Source: Polyangiales bacterium (GTDB lineage Bacteria > Myxococcota_A > Polyangia > Polyangiales > Ga0077539). From it: a stretch of 64,000 nucleotides of DNA. A model generated the notes under the pieces. The model did not search any database and had not been told where the DNA came from. It saw nothing but the letters and a program-made list of their open reading frames with translations. The stretch is taken from NCBI GenBank assembly GCA_044229975.1, contig JBGARZ010000006.1, positions 96,001-160,000 on the forward strand, in the 5' to 3' direction. Position numbers and translations under genes: made by a program. This document shows positions 41,139 through 50,482 of this stretch, in pieces (position 1 is the first letter of the stretch; every line of letters begins with the position of its first letter).

Positions 41139-43301
41139 ATGGCGACGACGAACGCACGACGATGGTGGAGGGGAGCGCTCCCCGTGGTGGCGCTGCTGGC
41201 GGTGGGCTGCGGCGACAGCGCGGCGACCACGGACGCAGCGACCACGGAAGACAACGGCGCGGCGACGGACACACCGACGACGACGGACAACGGAACGCCC
41301 AAGGACGTCGCGACCCCCACCGACGCCGGCACCGACGTGGGCACGCCCATGGACACGCCGACGCCGACCGACGTGCAGACGCCCGATGACACGGCGACTC
41401 CCACCGACGTGCCGGCCGACGCGGGTACGCCCGACGCCGGAACGCCCGACACCGGCCCGGTGGACGCAGGCTGCCCCAACGACGACGCGTGCCCGGCGGG
41501 TCAGGTGTGTACGGCTGGAGCTTGTGTACCGGGGTGCAGTCCGACGCACGCGTGCCCGACGGCGCAGTCGTGCTGCTCGGGCTCGTGCGTCGACCCGCAG
41601 ACCAGCCTCACCCACTGCGGCGCCTGCGGCGCGGCGTGTAATGCGAGCAATGGGACGCCCGTGTGCACCGCGGGTCGCTGCACCGTGACGGCCTGCCCGA
41701 CCGGCACGGCCGACTGCGACTCGATGGCGGCCAACGGCTGCGAGGTCAACACCGCCACCACCACGGCCAACTGCGGGAGCTGCGGCAACGTGTGCCCGAC
41801 GCGCGCCAACGCGACCTCGTCGTGCGCGGCGAGCGCCTGCGCCTTCGCGTGCACCACGGGCTTCGCGGACTGCGACACGACGGCCGACACGGGCTGCGAG
41901 GTCGACACCCGCACCAGCGTCGCCAACTGCGGGATGTGCGGGCGCGCGTGCTCCTTCGCCAACGCGGCGACGTCGTGCGCGGCGAGCGCGTGCGTGTTTG
42001 GTGCGTGCAACGACGGCTTCGCCAACTGCGACGCGATGGCGACCAACGGCTGCGAGGTCAACGTTCGCACCGACGTGGCCAACTGCGGGGCGTGCGGGCG
42101 CATGTGCGGCGCGGGGCAGACCTGCGCGGCCGGGGCGTGCGTGTTCGGCAGCGGCGCGGACGGCGCGCTGACGGCGACCGCCGACCGGGTCATCAACGAC
42201 GTTCGCGCGAGCGCGGCGGGCACTGCGGGGATGACCACGGTGACGCTGTCCAACGTGATGGGAACCTTCGCGCCGGGTCAGGCGGTGCTGCTGCACCAGA
42301 CGCAGGCGGCGGTCGGGTCGGTGGGGCACTACGAGTACGCGCGCGTCGCGACGGTGGCGGGCACCACGCTCACGCTGACGGCGGCGCTGCGCAACACGTA
42401 CGCGACGGATGCCACCAACCGCGCGCAGGTGGTTCGGGTGCAGGAGTACACGGCGGTGACGGTGAGCGCGGGCGCGACCGTGAGCGCCGCGGCGTGGGAC
42501 GGAAACTCGGGTGGTGTGATGGCCATCGACGCGCAGGGCGAGGTGCGCGTCGCGGGGACGCTCGACATGGCGGGCCGTGGCTTCCGCGGCAACCGTCGGA
42601 CGTGCGCGTCGACGCCGACGTACCGCTGCATGCGCGGCGTGGCGGGCGAGGGCGAGCGGGGACGCGGCGCGGCCAACATCCTGGCCAACCAGTCGGGCGG
42701 CGGCGGCGGCGGCGCGGGCCAGGACTGCGCGGCCGGCGGCGGCGGCGGACACGCGACGCCCGGCGAAGGCGGCGCGGCGGGCACCAACGGGGTGTGCGCC
42801 GAGGCCAACCCCATCCCGCCGGGCGCGGGCGGAACGACATCGGGCGTGGCCTCGCTGGCAAACGTGGCGCTCTTCGGCGGCGCGGGCGGTGAGGGCGGCG
42901 CGGATGAAGACGGGTCGTACCCGGGCGGCGGCGGCCACGGCGGCGGCATCGTGCTGGTGCGCGCGACGACGGTGGTGCTGACGGGCGTCGGGTCCATCGC
43001 GGTCAACGGCGGCGACGGCGAGGACGGCCACCAGAACGCCTGCGCCGGCGGAACAGGCGCCGGCATGGGCGGCGGCGGCGGCGGCGCGGCGGGCGCGGTG
43101 CGGCTCACGGCGCTCACCAGCGCCACGGTGCTGCGGGCGACGGCGGACCCGAGCCCGGGCGTGCGGGCGCGCGGCGGCGGCGGCGGCTACTGCGGCGCGA
43201 CGTCGCGCGACTACGCAGCGGGCCTCGGCGGCAACGGGCGGGTGAGCATCGTGTCGCCGATGATCACCGGCGCGTCGTACCCGGCGCACGTGGTGGACTG
43301 A
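41139..43301 (+). CDS. Cys-rich repeat surface lipoprotein with C-terminal AgmC-like/Gly-rich domain
   Basis: Lipobox AVGC; Thr/Asp/Pro linker; 3x (D/N)CD...GCEV...NCGxCGxxC; AQVVRVQEY...AWDGNSGGV...GRGFRG followed by Gly-rich segments. Confidence 0.82.
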   Translation: MATTNARRWWRGALPVVALLAVGCGDSAATTDAATTEDNGAATDTPTTTDNGTPKDVATPTDAGTDVGTPMDTPTPTDVQTPDDTATPTDVPADAGTPDAGTPDTGPVDAGCPNDDACPAGQVCTAGACVPGCSPTHACPTAQSCCSGSCVDPQTSLTHCGACGAACNASNGTPVCTAGRCTVTACPTGTADCDSMAANGCEVNTATTTANCGSCGNVCPTRANATSSCAASACAFACTTGFADCDTTADTGCEVDTRTSVANCGMCGRACSFANAATSCAASACVFGACNDGFANCDAMATNGCEVNVRTDVANCGACGRMCGAGQTCAAGACVFGSGADGALTATADRVINDVRASAAGTAGMTTVTLSNVMGTFAPGQAVLLHQTQAAVGSVGHYEYARVATVAGTTLTLTAALRNTYATDATNRAQVVRVQEYTAVTVSAGATVSAAAWDGNSGGVMAIDAQGEVRVAGTLDMAGRGFRGNRRTCASTPTYRCMRGVAGEGERGRGAANILANQSGGGGGGAGQDCAAGGGGGHATPGEGGAAGTNGVCAEANPIPPGAGGTTSGVASLANVALFGGAGGEGGADEDGSYPGGGGHGGGIVLVRATTVVLTGVGSIAVNGGDGEDGHQNACAGGTGAGMGGGGGGAAGAVRLTALTSATVLRATADPSPGVRARGGGGGYCGATSRDYAAGLGGNGRVSIVSPMITGASYPAHVVD

Positions 43302-43405
43302 CCGAGCGGGGGTGGGGACGGTTTCTGAGTCCCAACCTGGCACACCCCTCTTCTCGCTTCTCTCAACACGCTGCTGCGGTGCGGGAATTGCTCTCACCAT
43401 CGGCC

Positions 43406-43918
43406 ATGGCATCTCGCGCATGGTGGTGGGTGACGGCGGTGGCGTTGGGGTGTTCGTCGACCGTGGCCTCCGTCGATGCGGGCGGTGGTGACGCAGCGTG
43501 GGATGCTGCCGCGGACGTGGCGACCGATCGGGGGAAGCCCATCACGTGCGAGTGCCCGACGGGTCGCTGCGCCGTAGGGGAGAGCTGGCGGGCAAGCGAC
43601 GGCTGCAACACCTGCGGGTGCATGGCCGGTGGACAGGTGGGCTGCACGCTCATCGGGTGCCTGCCTCCCGACGCGGGCCCTCCGCCCGTGGACGTCGCGC
43701 CGACGGTGCGATTGTGCGGCTCCAACGCCGAGTGCGGAGCGGGTCAGGTGTGCGAGTTCGAGCAGGGCTGCGACGTGACCCGCGGGCGCTGCGCCTCCGA
43801 CGACTGCCACAGCCTCCCGGTGGCGCCGCAGTACTGCGGCTGCAACGGCCTGACCCTCCAACAGGTGAGCGCGTGCCTGCCCGATCGACCGTGGCGTTCG
43901 ATGGGCGCGTGCCCCTGA
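43406..43918 (+). CDS. Cys-rich lipoprotein with pacifastin-type and Kazal-like modules (putative protease inhibitor)
   Basis: ALGC lipobox; CAVGESWRASDGCNTCGCMAGGQVGCTLIGC; PQYCGCNG...SAC...GAC. Confidence 0.78.
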   Translation: MASRAWWWVTAVALGCSSTVASVDAGGGDAAWDAAADVATDRGKPITCECPTGRCAVGESWRASDGCNTCGCMAGGQVGCTLIGCLPPDAGPPPVDVAPTVRLCGSNAECGAGQVCEFEQGCDVTRGRCASDDCHSLPVAPQYCGCNGLTLQQVSACLPDRPWRSMGACP

Positions 43919-43921
43919 GCG

Positions 43922-44737
43922 CTACCGCGCGTCGACCGCGGCGATGTGCGCGGCGATGAGCGCATCCACAACGGCCCCATGCGTCAGCGGACCCATGTGC
44001 CCGGCGCCCGCGATCACCTCGCGCCGTGCGTCGGGCAGCGCCGCCGCGAGCACCTCGGTCACCCGCCGCGCGGCCGTCGGTGAGCGCTCGCCGCTGAGGA
44101 GCAGCGCGGGCGCCGTCACCCCCGCGTAGGCCGCCGCGCCGGTGCCGTCGCTCATCAACGACATCACCTCGCGAAACACCTTCCGACCCACGCGCAGAAA
44201 CTGCTCGCGCGACGTGGCGGGGAGGGCGCTCCAGGCGCCGGGGCCGTTCCAGTAGTCGACGAAGGCGGTCATCCACGCTTCGCCGCCACCGAGGGTCTCG
44301 TCGGTGAACACGGGCTGCGACCCGGCGCGCGCGAGGTCGGCGAGGCCATGCTCATCGGGCGGATCGTGCAGCACCCCAAACGCCACCGGGTCGTACACGG
44401 ACAGCGAGCGCACGCGGTGGCCGTGACGACGCGCGACGGTGAGCGCGACGAGCCCGCCGTACGAGTGGCCGACGACGTGCGCGGGGGCATCGAGTCCATC
44501 GAGCACGCGCGTCACCGCAGCGACGTCGAGGTCGAAGTGGAAGGGGACCTCGTCGGGCCACGGCGGGTTCTTCCCCGAGCCGAGGAAGTCGGGCGCGAGC
44601 ACCCGATGCGCGGGAGCGAGGCGCTCGGCGAGCGCGCGCCACTGGCGGGACGACATGCCGCCGCTGTGCAGGAGCAGCACGGGGGTTCCGGTGCCGCGGT
44701 CGTCGACGTGGAGGGCGATGCTGGCGGGGTCGGTCAT
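43922..44737 (-). CDS. Alpha/beta hydrolase
   Basis: LLLHS, GHSYGG nucleophile elbow, GAGHMGP. Confidence 0.92.
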   Translation of the reverse strand: MTDPASIALHVDDRGTGTPVLLLHSGGMSSRQWRALAERLAPAHRVLAPDFLGSGKNPPWPDEVPFHFDLDVAAVTRVLDGLDAPAHVVGHSYGGLVALTVARRHGHRVRSLSVYDPVAFGVLHDPPDEHGLADLARAGSQPVFTDETLGGGEAWMTAFVDYWNGPGAWSALPATSREQFLRVGRKVFREVMSLMSDGTGAAAYAGVTAPALLLSGERSPTAARRVTEVLAAALPDARREVIAGAGHMGPLTHGAVVDALIAAHIAAVDAR

Positions 44738-44767
44738 GGCGCTGGTCGCCAGCATAGCGGCACCCGC

Positions 44768-45520
44768 CTACGCGTCGCGCCCGAACTCCACCCACGGCGA
44801 CGACCGCGCCACCTCCGCGCCCGCCGTCACCACTCCCGCCCACTCATCCACTGCGCTGCCCTCCGCGCGCGCCGCCGTCACCCGCAGCGCCGCCGCGTCG
44901 CCCTCCGCCCGCAGCACCCACTCGCGCTCCGCCCCGTCGCTCGCCCACCAGCTCACCGCGCGGCCCGTCGCCTCGGCCCGCTGCCACAGCGCCGTCGCTC
45001 GCGCGCCCTCACGCAACCTCCCCCCGCCCGACCGCGCGTAGCTCCTCCCCCGCGCCGCCCACGCCGTCAGCCGCGCCACCAGCGCCGCCCGATCACGCGC
45101 GTCCGTCACCTCCATCGCGCGCCCGACCCAGCTCCCCTCACCCGCCGCCCCGTCGGTCACGTCGACCGTCAGCTCGCGCGTCGTCTCGTCGCCGTCCACC
45201 GCCAGCGTCACGCGCAGCACGCCGCGTCCCGGTCGCGCCGCCACGCCCAGCAGCTCGCCCACCAACACGCCCGCGAGCCCGTCGCCCGCGCGCCACGCCA
45301 CCGTCGGCGACGCCACCTCCGCGCCCGCGCGAAAGACACCGATGCCCGACCACGGGTCCCACCCCGCCGCGGGCTTCGTCGCCGATCGCAGCCGCGCGCT
45401 CACCAGCGTCACGATCCCACGGTCGAGGGCCTCGCCCGACGCGCGCACCGACACCTCGCGATCGCCGCGCGGGCACTGGCGCCACAGCGAAAGGCCCCGC
45501 AGCGGTTCGCCCGCGATCAC
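44768..45520 (-). CDS. Hypothetical protein (250 aa), translationally coupled to the aconitase-family gene
   Basis: GTGA overlap with the upstream stop at 45517-45520; the frame fills the gap up to the hydrolase gene. Confidence 0.55.
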   Translation of the reverse strand: MIAGEPLRGLSLWRQCPRGDREVSVRASGEALDRGIVTLVSARLRSATKPAAGWDPWSGIGVFRAGAEVASPTVAWRAGDGLAGVLVGELLGVAARPGRGVLRVTLAVDGDETTRELTVDVTDGAAGEGSWVGRAMEVTDARDRAALVARLTAWAARGRSYARSGGGRLREGARATALWQRAEATGRAVSWWASDGAEREWVLRAEGDAAALRVTAARAEGSAVDEWAGVVTAGAEVARSSPWVEFGRDA

Positions 45521-47481
45521 ACCGCGTCGGGACCGACGATGCGGCCCGCGATGGCGCTCGCCGCGATGACGTACGGCGACGCGAGGTACACCTTCCCCGG
45601 GCCCGAGCGCCCCGGGAAGTTGCGGTTGATGGCGCTCACGGTCACCTCGTCGGGCCGCTCGCTCACACCGGGGCCGGCCTTGATGCACGCGCCGCACGAC
45701 GGGTTGATGAGCTCCGCGCCCGCGCGCTGAAACACCTCGATGTACCCCTTCGCCTCGGCGTACTCGCGGATGTCCTGCGACCCGAACTGGATGAACAACC
45801 GCACCCCCGGCGCCACCGTCCGCCCCTGCGCCACCGCGCGCGACAGCACCGACGCGTACATGTCCATGTCGGCCTTCTTGCCGCCGGTGCAGCTCCCGCC
45901 GTAGGCCACGTCGATCTTTACATCGTCCGGTAAAGCCGCCAGCGACACCCCGTTGCGCGGATCGCCCGGCGTCGCGACCATCGGCCCGAGCGCGTCGAGG
46001 TCGATGTCGAAGCGATGCGCGTAGCTCGCCCCTTCGTCCGCCGTCACGATGCGCGCGCGGACGTCGTCCTTCGCCATCCCGCGCCTGGCCGCGAGGTAGT
46101 CCACCACCACGTCGTCGGCCTCGATGATGCCCGTGAAGCCGCCCGCCTCGACGCTCATGTTGGTGAGCGTCGCGCGCTCGTCCAGCGCCATCGCCCGCGT
46201 GCCCGGCCCCGCGAACTCCAGCACCTTGCCGATGCCGCGGCCGTCCTTGAAGTACTCCTGCGACAGCAGGTGGAGCATCACGTCCTTGGCCGACACGCCC
46301 GCGCGCAGCGTCCCGGTCAGGTGCACCAGCACGCTCTCCGGCACGCGCACCCGCACGTCGCGCGTAAACCACGCGTTGGCCATGTCGGTGCTCCCGACCC
46401 CGAACGCAAAACATCCCAGCGCGCCGGCCATGCAGGTGTGCGAGTCGGTTCCGCACACGACCTGGCCGGGGAGCGCGATGTCCTCGATGACGGCGTTGTG
46501 GCAGATGGCCTGCGAGCCGCGGCCGACCTTGTTCTGCACCTCGCCGTAGTGCTTCACGCCCTGCGTCCTGGAGAAGTCCTCCTGCACCACCGCGAGGCGG
46601 TGGGCGACCTCCCGCAGGCCCATCTTCTTGTGGGCCTCGCTCATCACATCATCGAGGAAGGTGAGGTGGTCGCGGAACGTGTACACGCTCGCCGGGTCGG
46701 TCACCCGCGCGTCGTCGCCGAAGGCCCCGCGGAAGAGCGCGTCGGCCATCGGCGTCACGTACTCGTGCGAAAACCGCACGTCCGCCCGCACGAAGAACGC
46801 GTCACCCGGCGTCACGGCGGTCACGCCCTGCCGGTCGTTGCGGAGGTCGGTCACGGCGTGCGCGGCGAGGATCTTCTCCGTCAGCGTCATCGGTCGCGCG
46901 GGCGTGGTGATGGCGGGCGGCGTTCGCTCTCCGGCCATGCGGAGCTTGGAGTACTCGAAGAGCCCGCCGCCGCGGACGATGTCCGTCGAGATGGGGTCGA
47001 GGCCCCGCGTGAACTCCTCCAACGGAATGGCTTCGCCGCGCGCGATGCGCTCGACGAGGCCGAAGTCGGTGCTGGTGAGGAGCCCGATGTTCTGGGCGTT
47101 TTGCGAGTAGATCTTCTCGATGTTGCGGGCGATGACGAGCTGCACGCCCGACTTGAGCTCGGAGTACGGCGCCGTCTCGCGCGAGCTGCCGCAGCCCTTC
47201 GAGCGGCCCGAGACGATCACCGAGAACCCGCCGTTCTTGATGTCGTTGCGCTGCACCTTCTGGCCGCGCAGCCCGACGAGGCAGTACTCCGCGAGCGTCT
47301 CGTCGTAGTAGTAGCAAACCCACCCTGGGGTGATCTCGTCGGTGGAGATGTTGTCGATGAGCGGGCGCCCAGCGTCCCACGCGAGCGACGCGCCCTGGTG
47401 GAGCTGTTGCGAGAGCAGCTCCTGGTCTTCGGTGAGAAACAGGGTCCGTCCCGGAAACCGAACGCTCTCTTCGCGTGCCAT
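45517..47481 (-). CDS. Aconitase-family hydro-lyase, fusion of LeuD-like swivel (N-terminal) and LeuC-like [4Fe-4S] (C-terminal) parts
   Basis: NISTDEITP, GCGSSRETAP; DSHTC, GSCTGG, PSCGAC, NRNFPGRSG, YLASP. Confidence 0.92.
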   Translation of the reverse strand: MAREESVRFPGRTLFLTEDQELLSQQLHQGASLAWDAGRPLIDNISTDEITPGWVCYYYDETLAEYCLVGLRGQKVQRNDIKNGGFSVIVSGRSKGCGSSRETAPYSELKSGVQLVIARNIEKIYSQNAQNIGLLTSTDFGLVERIARGEAIPLEEFTRGLDPISTDIVRGGGLFEYSKLRMAGERTPPAITTPARPMTLTEKILAAHAVTDLRNDRQGVTAVTPGDAFFVRADVRFSHEYVTPMADALFRGAFGDDARVTDPASVYTFRDHLTFLDDVMSEAHKKMGLREVAHRLAVVQEDFSRTQGVKHYGEVQNKVGRGSQAICHNAVIEDIALPGQVVCGTDSHTCMAGALGCFAFGVGSTDMANAWFTRDVRVRVPESVLVHLTGTLRAGVSAKDVMLHLLSQEYFKDGRGIGKVLEFAGPGTRAMALDERATLTNMSVEAGGFTGIIEADDVVVDYLAARRGMAKDDVRARIVTADEGASYAHRFDIDLDALGPMVATPGDPRNGVSLAALPDDVKIDVAYGGSCTGGKKADMDMYASVLSRAVAQGRTVAPGVRLFIQFGSQDIREYAEAKGYIEVFQRAGAELINPSCGACIKAGPGVSERPDEVTVSAINRNFPGRSGPGKVYLASPYVIAASAIAGRIVGPDAV

Positions 47482-47611
47482 CGCCAACCAGTGCCTTTCG
47501 GAGGGGATGAGACCCCTCCGCTTGCGGGGGGCGCCGAACATAGGCGACGCGCTCCCGGTGGTGCAACGCCGCGATCACCCCTCCGCGGAGCTGTGATAGA
47601 CGTGCGGACCG

Positions 47612-48253
47612 ATGCGCGCACCCGTCACCGAACCGTCGCTCCGCAAGGCGCTCTGCGACGCCGGTCGCGTGCTGTACGAGCGCGGGCTCATCGGCCCCAC
47701 GGACGGCAACCTCTCCGCGCGCGTCGCCGACGGCCGGCTGCTCTGCACCCCGTCGGGCGCCCACAAGGGCGCGATGCGCGAAAACGACCTCGTGCTGATG
47801 GACCTCGAAGGTCGCGTCATCCGCGGCGGCAAGCCCTCCACCGAGCTGAAGATGCACCTCGCGCTCTATCGCCAGAAGCCACGGCTCGCGTGCGTGGTGC
47901 ACGCGCACCCGCCGAGCGCGGTGGGGCTCACGGTGGCGGGTTGGGGCCTCGACCCGCCGGTGGTGCCGGAGATTCTCTTCGCGATGGGGCGGGTGCCGAC
48001 CGTAGCCTACGCGTCACCAACAACTTCGGACGTGCCCGACGCGGTGGCGGCGGTGGTGGCCGCGGGGTGCGAGGCCTTCATGCTGGCGCGGCACGGGAGT
48101 GTGGTGCTGTGCGATGACCCGATGACGGGGGTGCTGCGCACGGAGATCATCGAGCACACGGCGAAGATCACCATCGCGGCGCGCTCGGCGGGTGCGGCGA
48201 TTCCGCTGCCGGAAGACGAGATTCTGCGGCTGCTCGCGCTCGCGGGTCGGTAG
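47612..48253 (+). CDS. Class II aldolase/adducin family protein (FucA/MtnB-like)
   Basis: DGNLSAR, TPSG, PSTELKMH, VVHAHPP, ARHG. Confidence 0.92.
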   Translation: MRAPVTEPSLRKALCDAGRVLYERGLIGPTDGNLSARVADGRLLCTPSGAHKGAMRENDLVLMDLEGRVIRGGKPSTELKMHLALYRQKPRLACVVHAHPPSAVGLTVAGWGLDPPVVPEILFAMGRVPTVAYASPTTSDVPDAVAAVVAAGCEAFMLARHGSVVLCDDPMTGVLRTEIIEHTAKITIAARSAGAAIPLPEDEILRLLALAGR

Positions 48254-48345
48254 CGAGATCGGGCTTTCAACGCGGGTGCGGGGGCGATAGCGTGAGGGGG
48301 CGCGGCGCGACGCGGTGGTGCGGGACGACGCCCGGGAGATGAGCC

Positions 48346-49260
48346 ATGGGACTGTTTGATTCCTTCGGAGTGGGCGGCGGGGATCTCTCCATCGAGATGC
48401 AGTACGCGCAGGCCCAGGCGGGCGGCGGGCTGCAGGGGATGGTGGTGTTCCAGGCGGGGCGGAGGGCGCAGCAGATCACGCACATCACGGTGAAGGTGAC
48501 GTGCACGACGCAGGTGCCGGGGCCCAACGGGATGCAGCAGCAGACGCAGGACGTGGTGGGGCCGTTGCAGGTGGCGGGGGCGTTCGCGACGCAGCCGGGG
48601 CAGCGGTACCAGATGCCCTTCCAGGCGATGCTGCCAGGTGGTCTGTACTCGACGACGCAAAACGCGGTGTCATATCGCGTGGTCGCCAACGCCGACATTG
48701 ACGGCGAGATCGACCCCGGCGCGGGCATGGACCTCTACGTGACGGGCTCGCCCTATCAGGGCCCCGGGATGATGCCGATGGGGGCGCCGCAGTACGGCCA
48801 CGGGGGCATGGACCCGTATGCGAAGGGCGGCGATCCGTATGGGAAGAACGACCCCTACGCGAAGGGCGGCGGCTACCAGAAGGGGCAGAGCGGATCGCAG
48901 TTCCAGAAGGTGGGCGACCCCTACGCGAAGGGCGGTGACCCCTACGCGAAGGGCGCGGGCGGTGACCCCTACGCGAAGGGCGGCGACCCCTACGCGAAGG
49001 GCGGCGACCCCTACGGGAAGAGCGACCCGTATGGGAAGAGTGATCCGTACGCGAAGGGCGGCGCCTACGGGCAGGGCGACGCGTACGGCAAGGGCATGGG
49101 CGGCGGGTACTCGCCGGGGCAGCACTGCCTCGCGCAGTGGACCGACGGTCAGTACTACGGCGTGACCGTGGTGCAGGCGAACAACGGGATGTTCCTGGTG
49201 CAGTGGGACGACGGTACGCCGGCCTCGTGGGTGAGCGGCGACCAGGTGATGCCGGGCTGA
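48346..49260 (+). CDS. Spo0M/arrestin-like domain + Gly/Tyr low-complexity repeats + Tudor-like domain
   Basis: N-terminal FGVGGG...GGGLQGMV...QQITHITV...ADIDGEIDP resembles Spo0M; C-terminal [18 protein letters not shown]...FLVQWDDG fits a Tudor domain. Confidence 0.75.
   Translation: MGLFDSFGVGGGDLSIEMQYAQAQAGGGLQGMVVFQAGRRAQQITHITVKVTCTTQVPGPNGMQQQTQDVVGPLQVAGAFATQPGQRYQMPFQAMLPGGLYSTTQNAVSYRVVANADIDGEIDPGAGMDLYVTGSPYQGPGMMPMGAPQYGHGGMDPYAKGGDPYGKNDPYAKGGGYQKGQSGSQFQKVGDPYAKGGDPYAKGAGGDPYAKGGDPYAKGGDPYGKSDPYGKSDPYAKGGAYGQGDAYGKGMGGGYSPGQHCLAQWTDGQYYGVTVVQANNGMFLVQWDDGTPASWVSGDQVMPG
48811..49092 (+). repeat. Coding tandem repeats, 10x DPY(A/G)K plus one DAYGK
   Basis: Repeated GACCCCTACGCGAAGGGCGGC-like units of mostly 18-27 bp. 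Confidence 0.95.
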
Positions 49261-50036
49261 TGACCACCGCGCTGATCACGGGTGCGTCGGCGGGGCTGGG
49301 CGCGGAGTTCGCGAAGCTCTTCGCGGCCGACAAGCACGACCTGCTGCTGGTGGCCCGTCGGCGCGACCGACTCGACGCCCTCGCCGCGGAGCTGACGGCG
49401 GCGCACGGCGTGAAGGTCCACGTCGTCGCGGTTGACCTGATGGACCCGGCCGCGCCGAAGGTGATCCTCGACGAGGTCGAGCGCCTCGGGTTGGAGATCG
49501 GGTTTCTGGTCAACAACGCGGGCTTCGGCAGCAACGGCAATTTCTGGGAGCTCGACGCCGACCGCGAGCGCGGGATGATCGAGGTGAACATCACCGCCCT
49601 GGTGGTGCTCACCCGCGCACTTTTACCCGCGATGGTAAAGCGCGGCAGCGGCCGGGTGCTCAACGTGGGGTCGACGGCGGGCTTCCAGCCGGGGCCCTTC
49701 ATGGCCGGGTACTACGCGAGCAAGGCCTTCGTGAACTCCTTCACCGAGGCGCTGGCCTTCGAGCTGAAGGGCACCGGCGTGACGGCGACGGTGAGCTGCC
49801 CGGGGGCGACTGCGACGGAGTTCGCGGGCGTGGCGGGCAACGACAAGACGGCCCTCTTCAAGGCCGGCGCGATGGGCGCGACCGAGGTGGCGACGGACGC
49901 CTACCGCGCGATGCTCAAGGGGCAGGTCGTGGCGGTGCATGGCGCTCGCAACAAGCTGAGCGCGTGGTCGGTGGGCTTCTCGCCGCGCTCGGTGGTGACA
50001 GCCATCGCGGCGTCGCTCAACCGACGGCGGGCCTGA
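49260..50036 (+). CDS. Short-chain dehydrogenase/reductase
   Basis: [24 protein letters not shown] overlap with the upstream gene. Confidence 0.95.
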   Translation: MTTALITGASAGLGAEFAKLFAADKHDLLLVARRRDRLDALAAELTAAHGVKVHVVAVDLMDPAAPKVILDEVERLGLEIGFLVNNAGFGSNGNFWELDADRERGMIEVNITALVVLTRALLPAMVKRGSGRVLNVGSTAGFQPGPFMAGYYASKAFVNSFTEALAFELKGTGVTATVSCPGATATEFAGVAGNDKTALFKAGAMGATEVATDAYRAMLKGQVVAVHGARNKLSAWSVGFSPRSVVTAIAASLNRRRA

Positions 50037-50039
50037 CGC

Positions 50040-50378
50040 TCACGGGTCGCCCGCAGGCGGCGGCGATGTCCACTTCAGACCGACGATCGCGACGACCAGC
50101 AGCGCCAGGAAGAGCGCGCGACCGCCCGTCAGTGGCTCCTTGAAGAGGAGCGCGCCGAGGAGGACGGTGCCCGTCGCGCCGATGCCCACCCACGCGGCGT
50201 AGGCGGTGCCGATGGGGAGCGTTCGAACGGCGAGCGCGAGCAGCCAGAAGCTCGCGACGATGGCGCCGATGGTGAGCGCCGACGGCAGCGGCCGCGTGAA
50301 CCCATGGGTGTACTTGAGCCCGATGGCCCAGGCGGTTTCGAGCAACCCGGCGATGAGCAGATAGAACCATGCAGACAT
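50040..50378 (-). CDS. gdx: SMR-family guanidinium exporter Gdx (SugE)
   Basis: MSAWFYLLIAGLLETAWAIGLKY..GFTR, LPIGTAYAAWVGIG; upstream guanidine riboswitch. Confidence 0.93.
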   Translation of the reverse strand: MSAWFYLLIAGLLETAWAIGLKYTHGFTRPLPSALTIGAIVASFWLLALAVRTLPIGTAYAAWVGIGATGTVLLGALLFKEPLTGGRALFLALLVVAIVGLKWTSPPPAGDP

Positions 50379-50396
50379 GACGACTCCTTTGGTGGA

Positions 50397-50438
50397 GCGT
50401 CGTCTTGTCTTCTCCCGGTACGGCGCGTCTCGTCGGGG
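50397..50438 (-). ncRNA. Guanidine-III (ykkC-III) riboswitch
   Basis: Minus strand CCCCGACGAGACGCGCCGTACCGGGAGAAGACAAGACGACGC, closely matching the guanidine-III pseudoknot as recalled (CCGGACGAG..GCGCCGUAC.CGG....GACAAGACGGCGC). Followed by AAAGGAG RBS; extended -10 TGCTATGGT upstream at ~50456-50464. Confidence 0.9.
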
Positions 50439-50482
50439 TCGCTGTTGACGGGCGCACCATAGCACCGTCACTTCCCCGGCCA

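Noticed and set aside
43316..43350. GGGAC-N9-GTCCC hairpin and TGGCAC as REP or sigma54 site
   Set aside because: The stem is short and no -12 GC lies at the right distance.
39871..43918. ATP-grasp plus Cys-rich ORFs as a RiPP (graspetide) cluster
   Set aside because: The downstream proteins are lipoproteins with signal peptides, not precursor peptides; no transporter or leader motif.
48811..49092. Possible CRISPR-like or non-coding repeat array
   Set aside because: Units are in-frame, vary at synonymous positions and lack unique spacers; no cas genes in the window.
24975..50438. eutB, DHS-like gene and guanidine riboswitch/gdx as one nitrogen-metabolism island
   Set aside because: Spread over 25 kb among unrelated genes on both strands; no shared regulatory motif seen.
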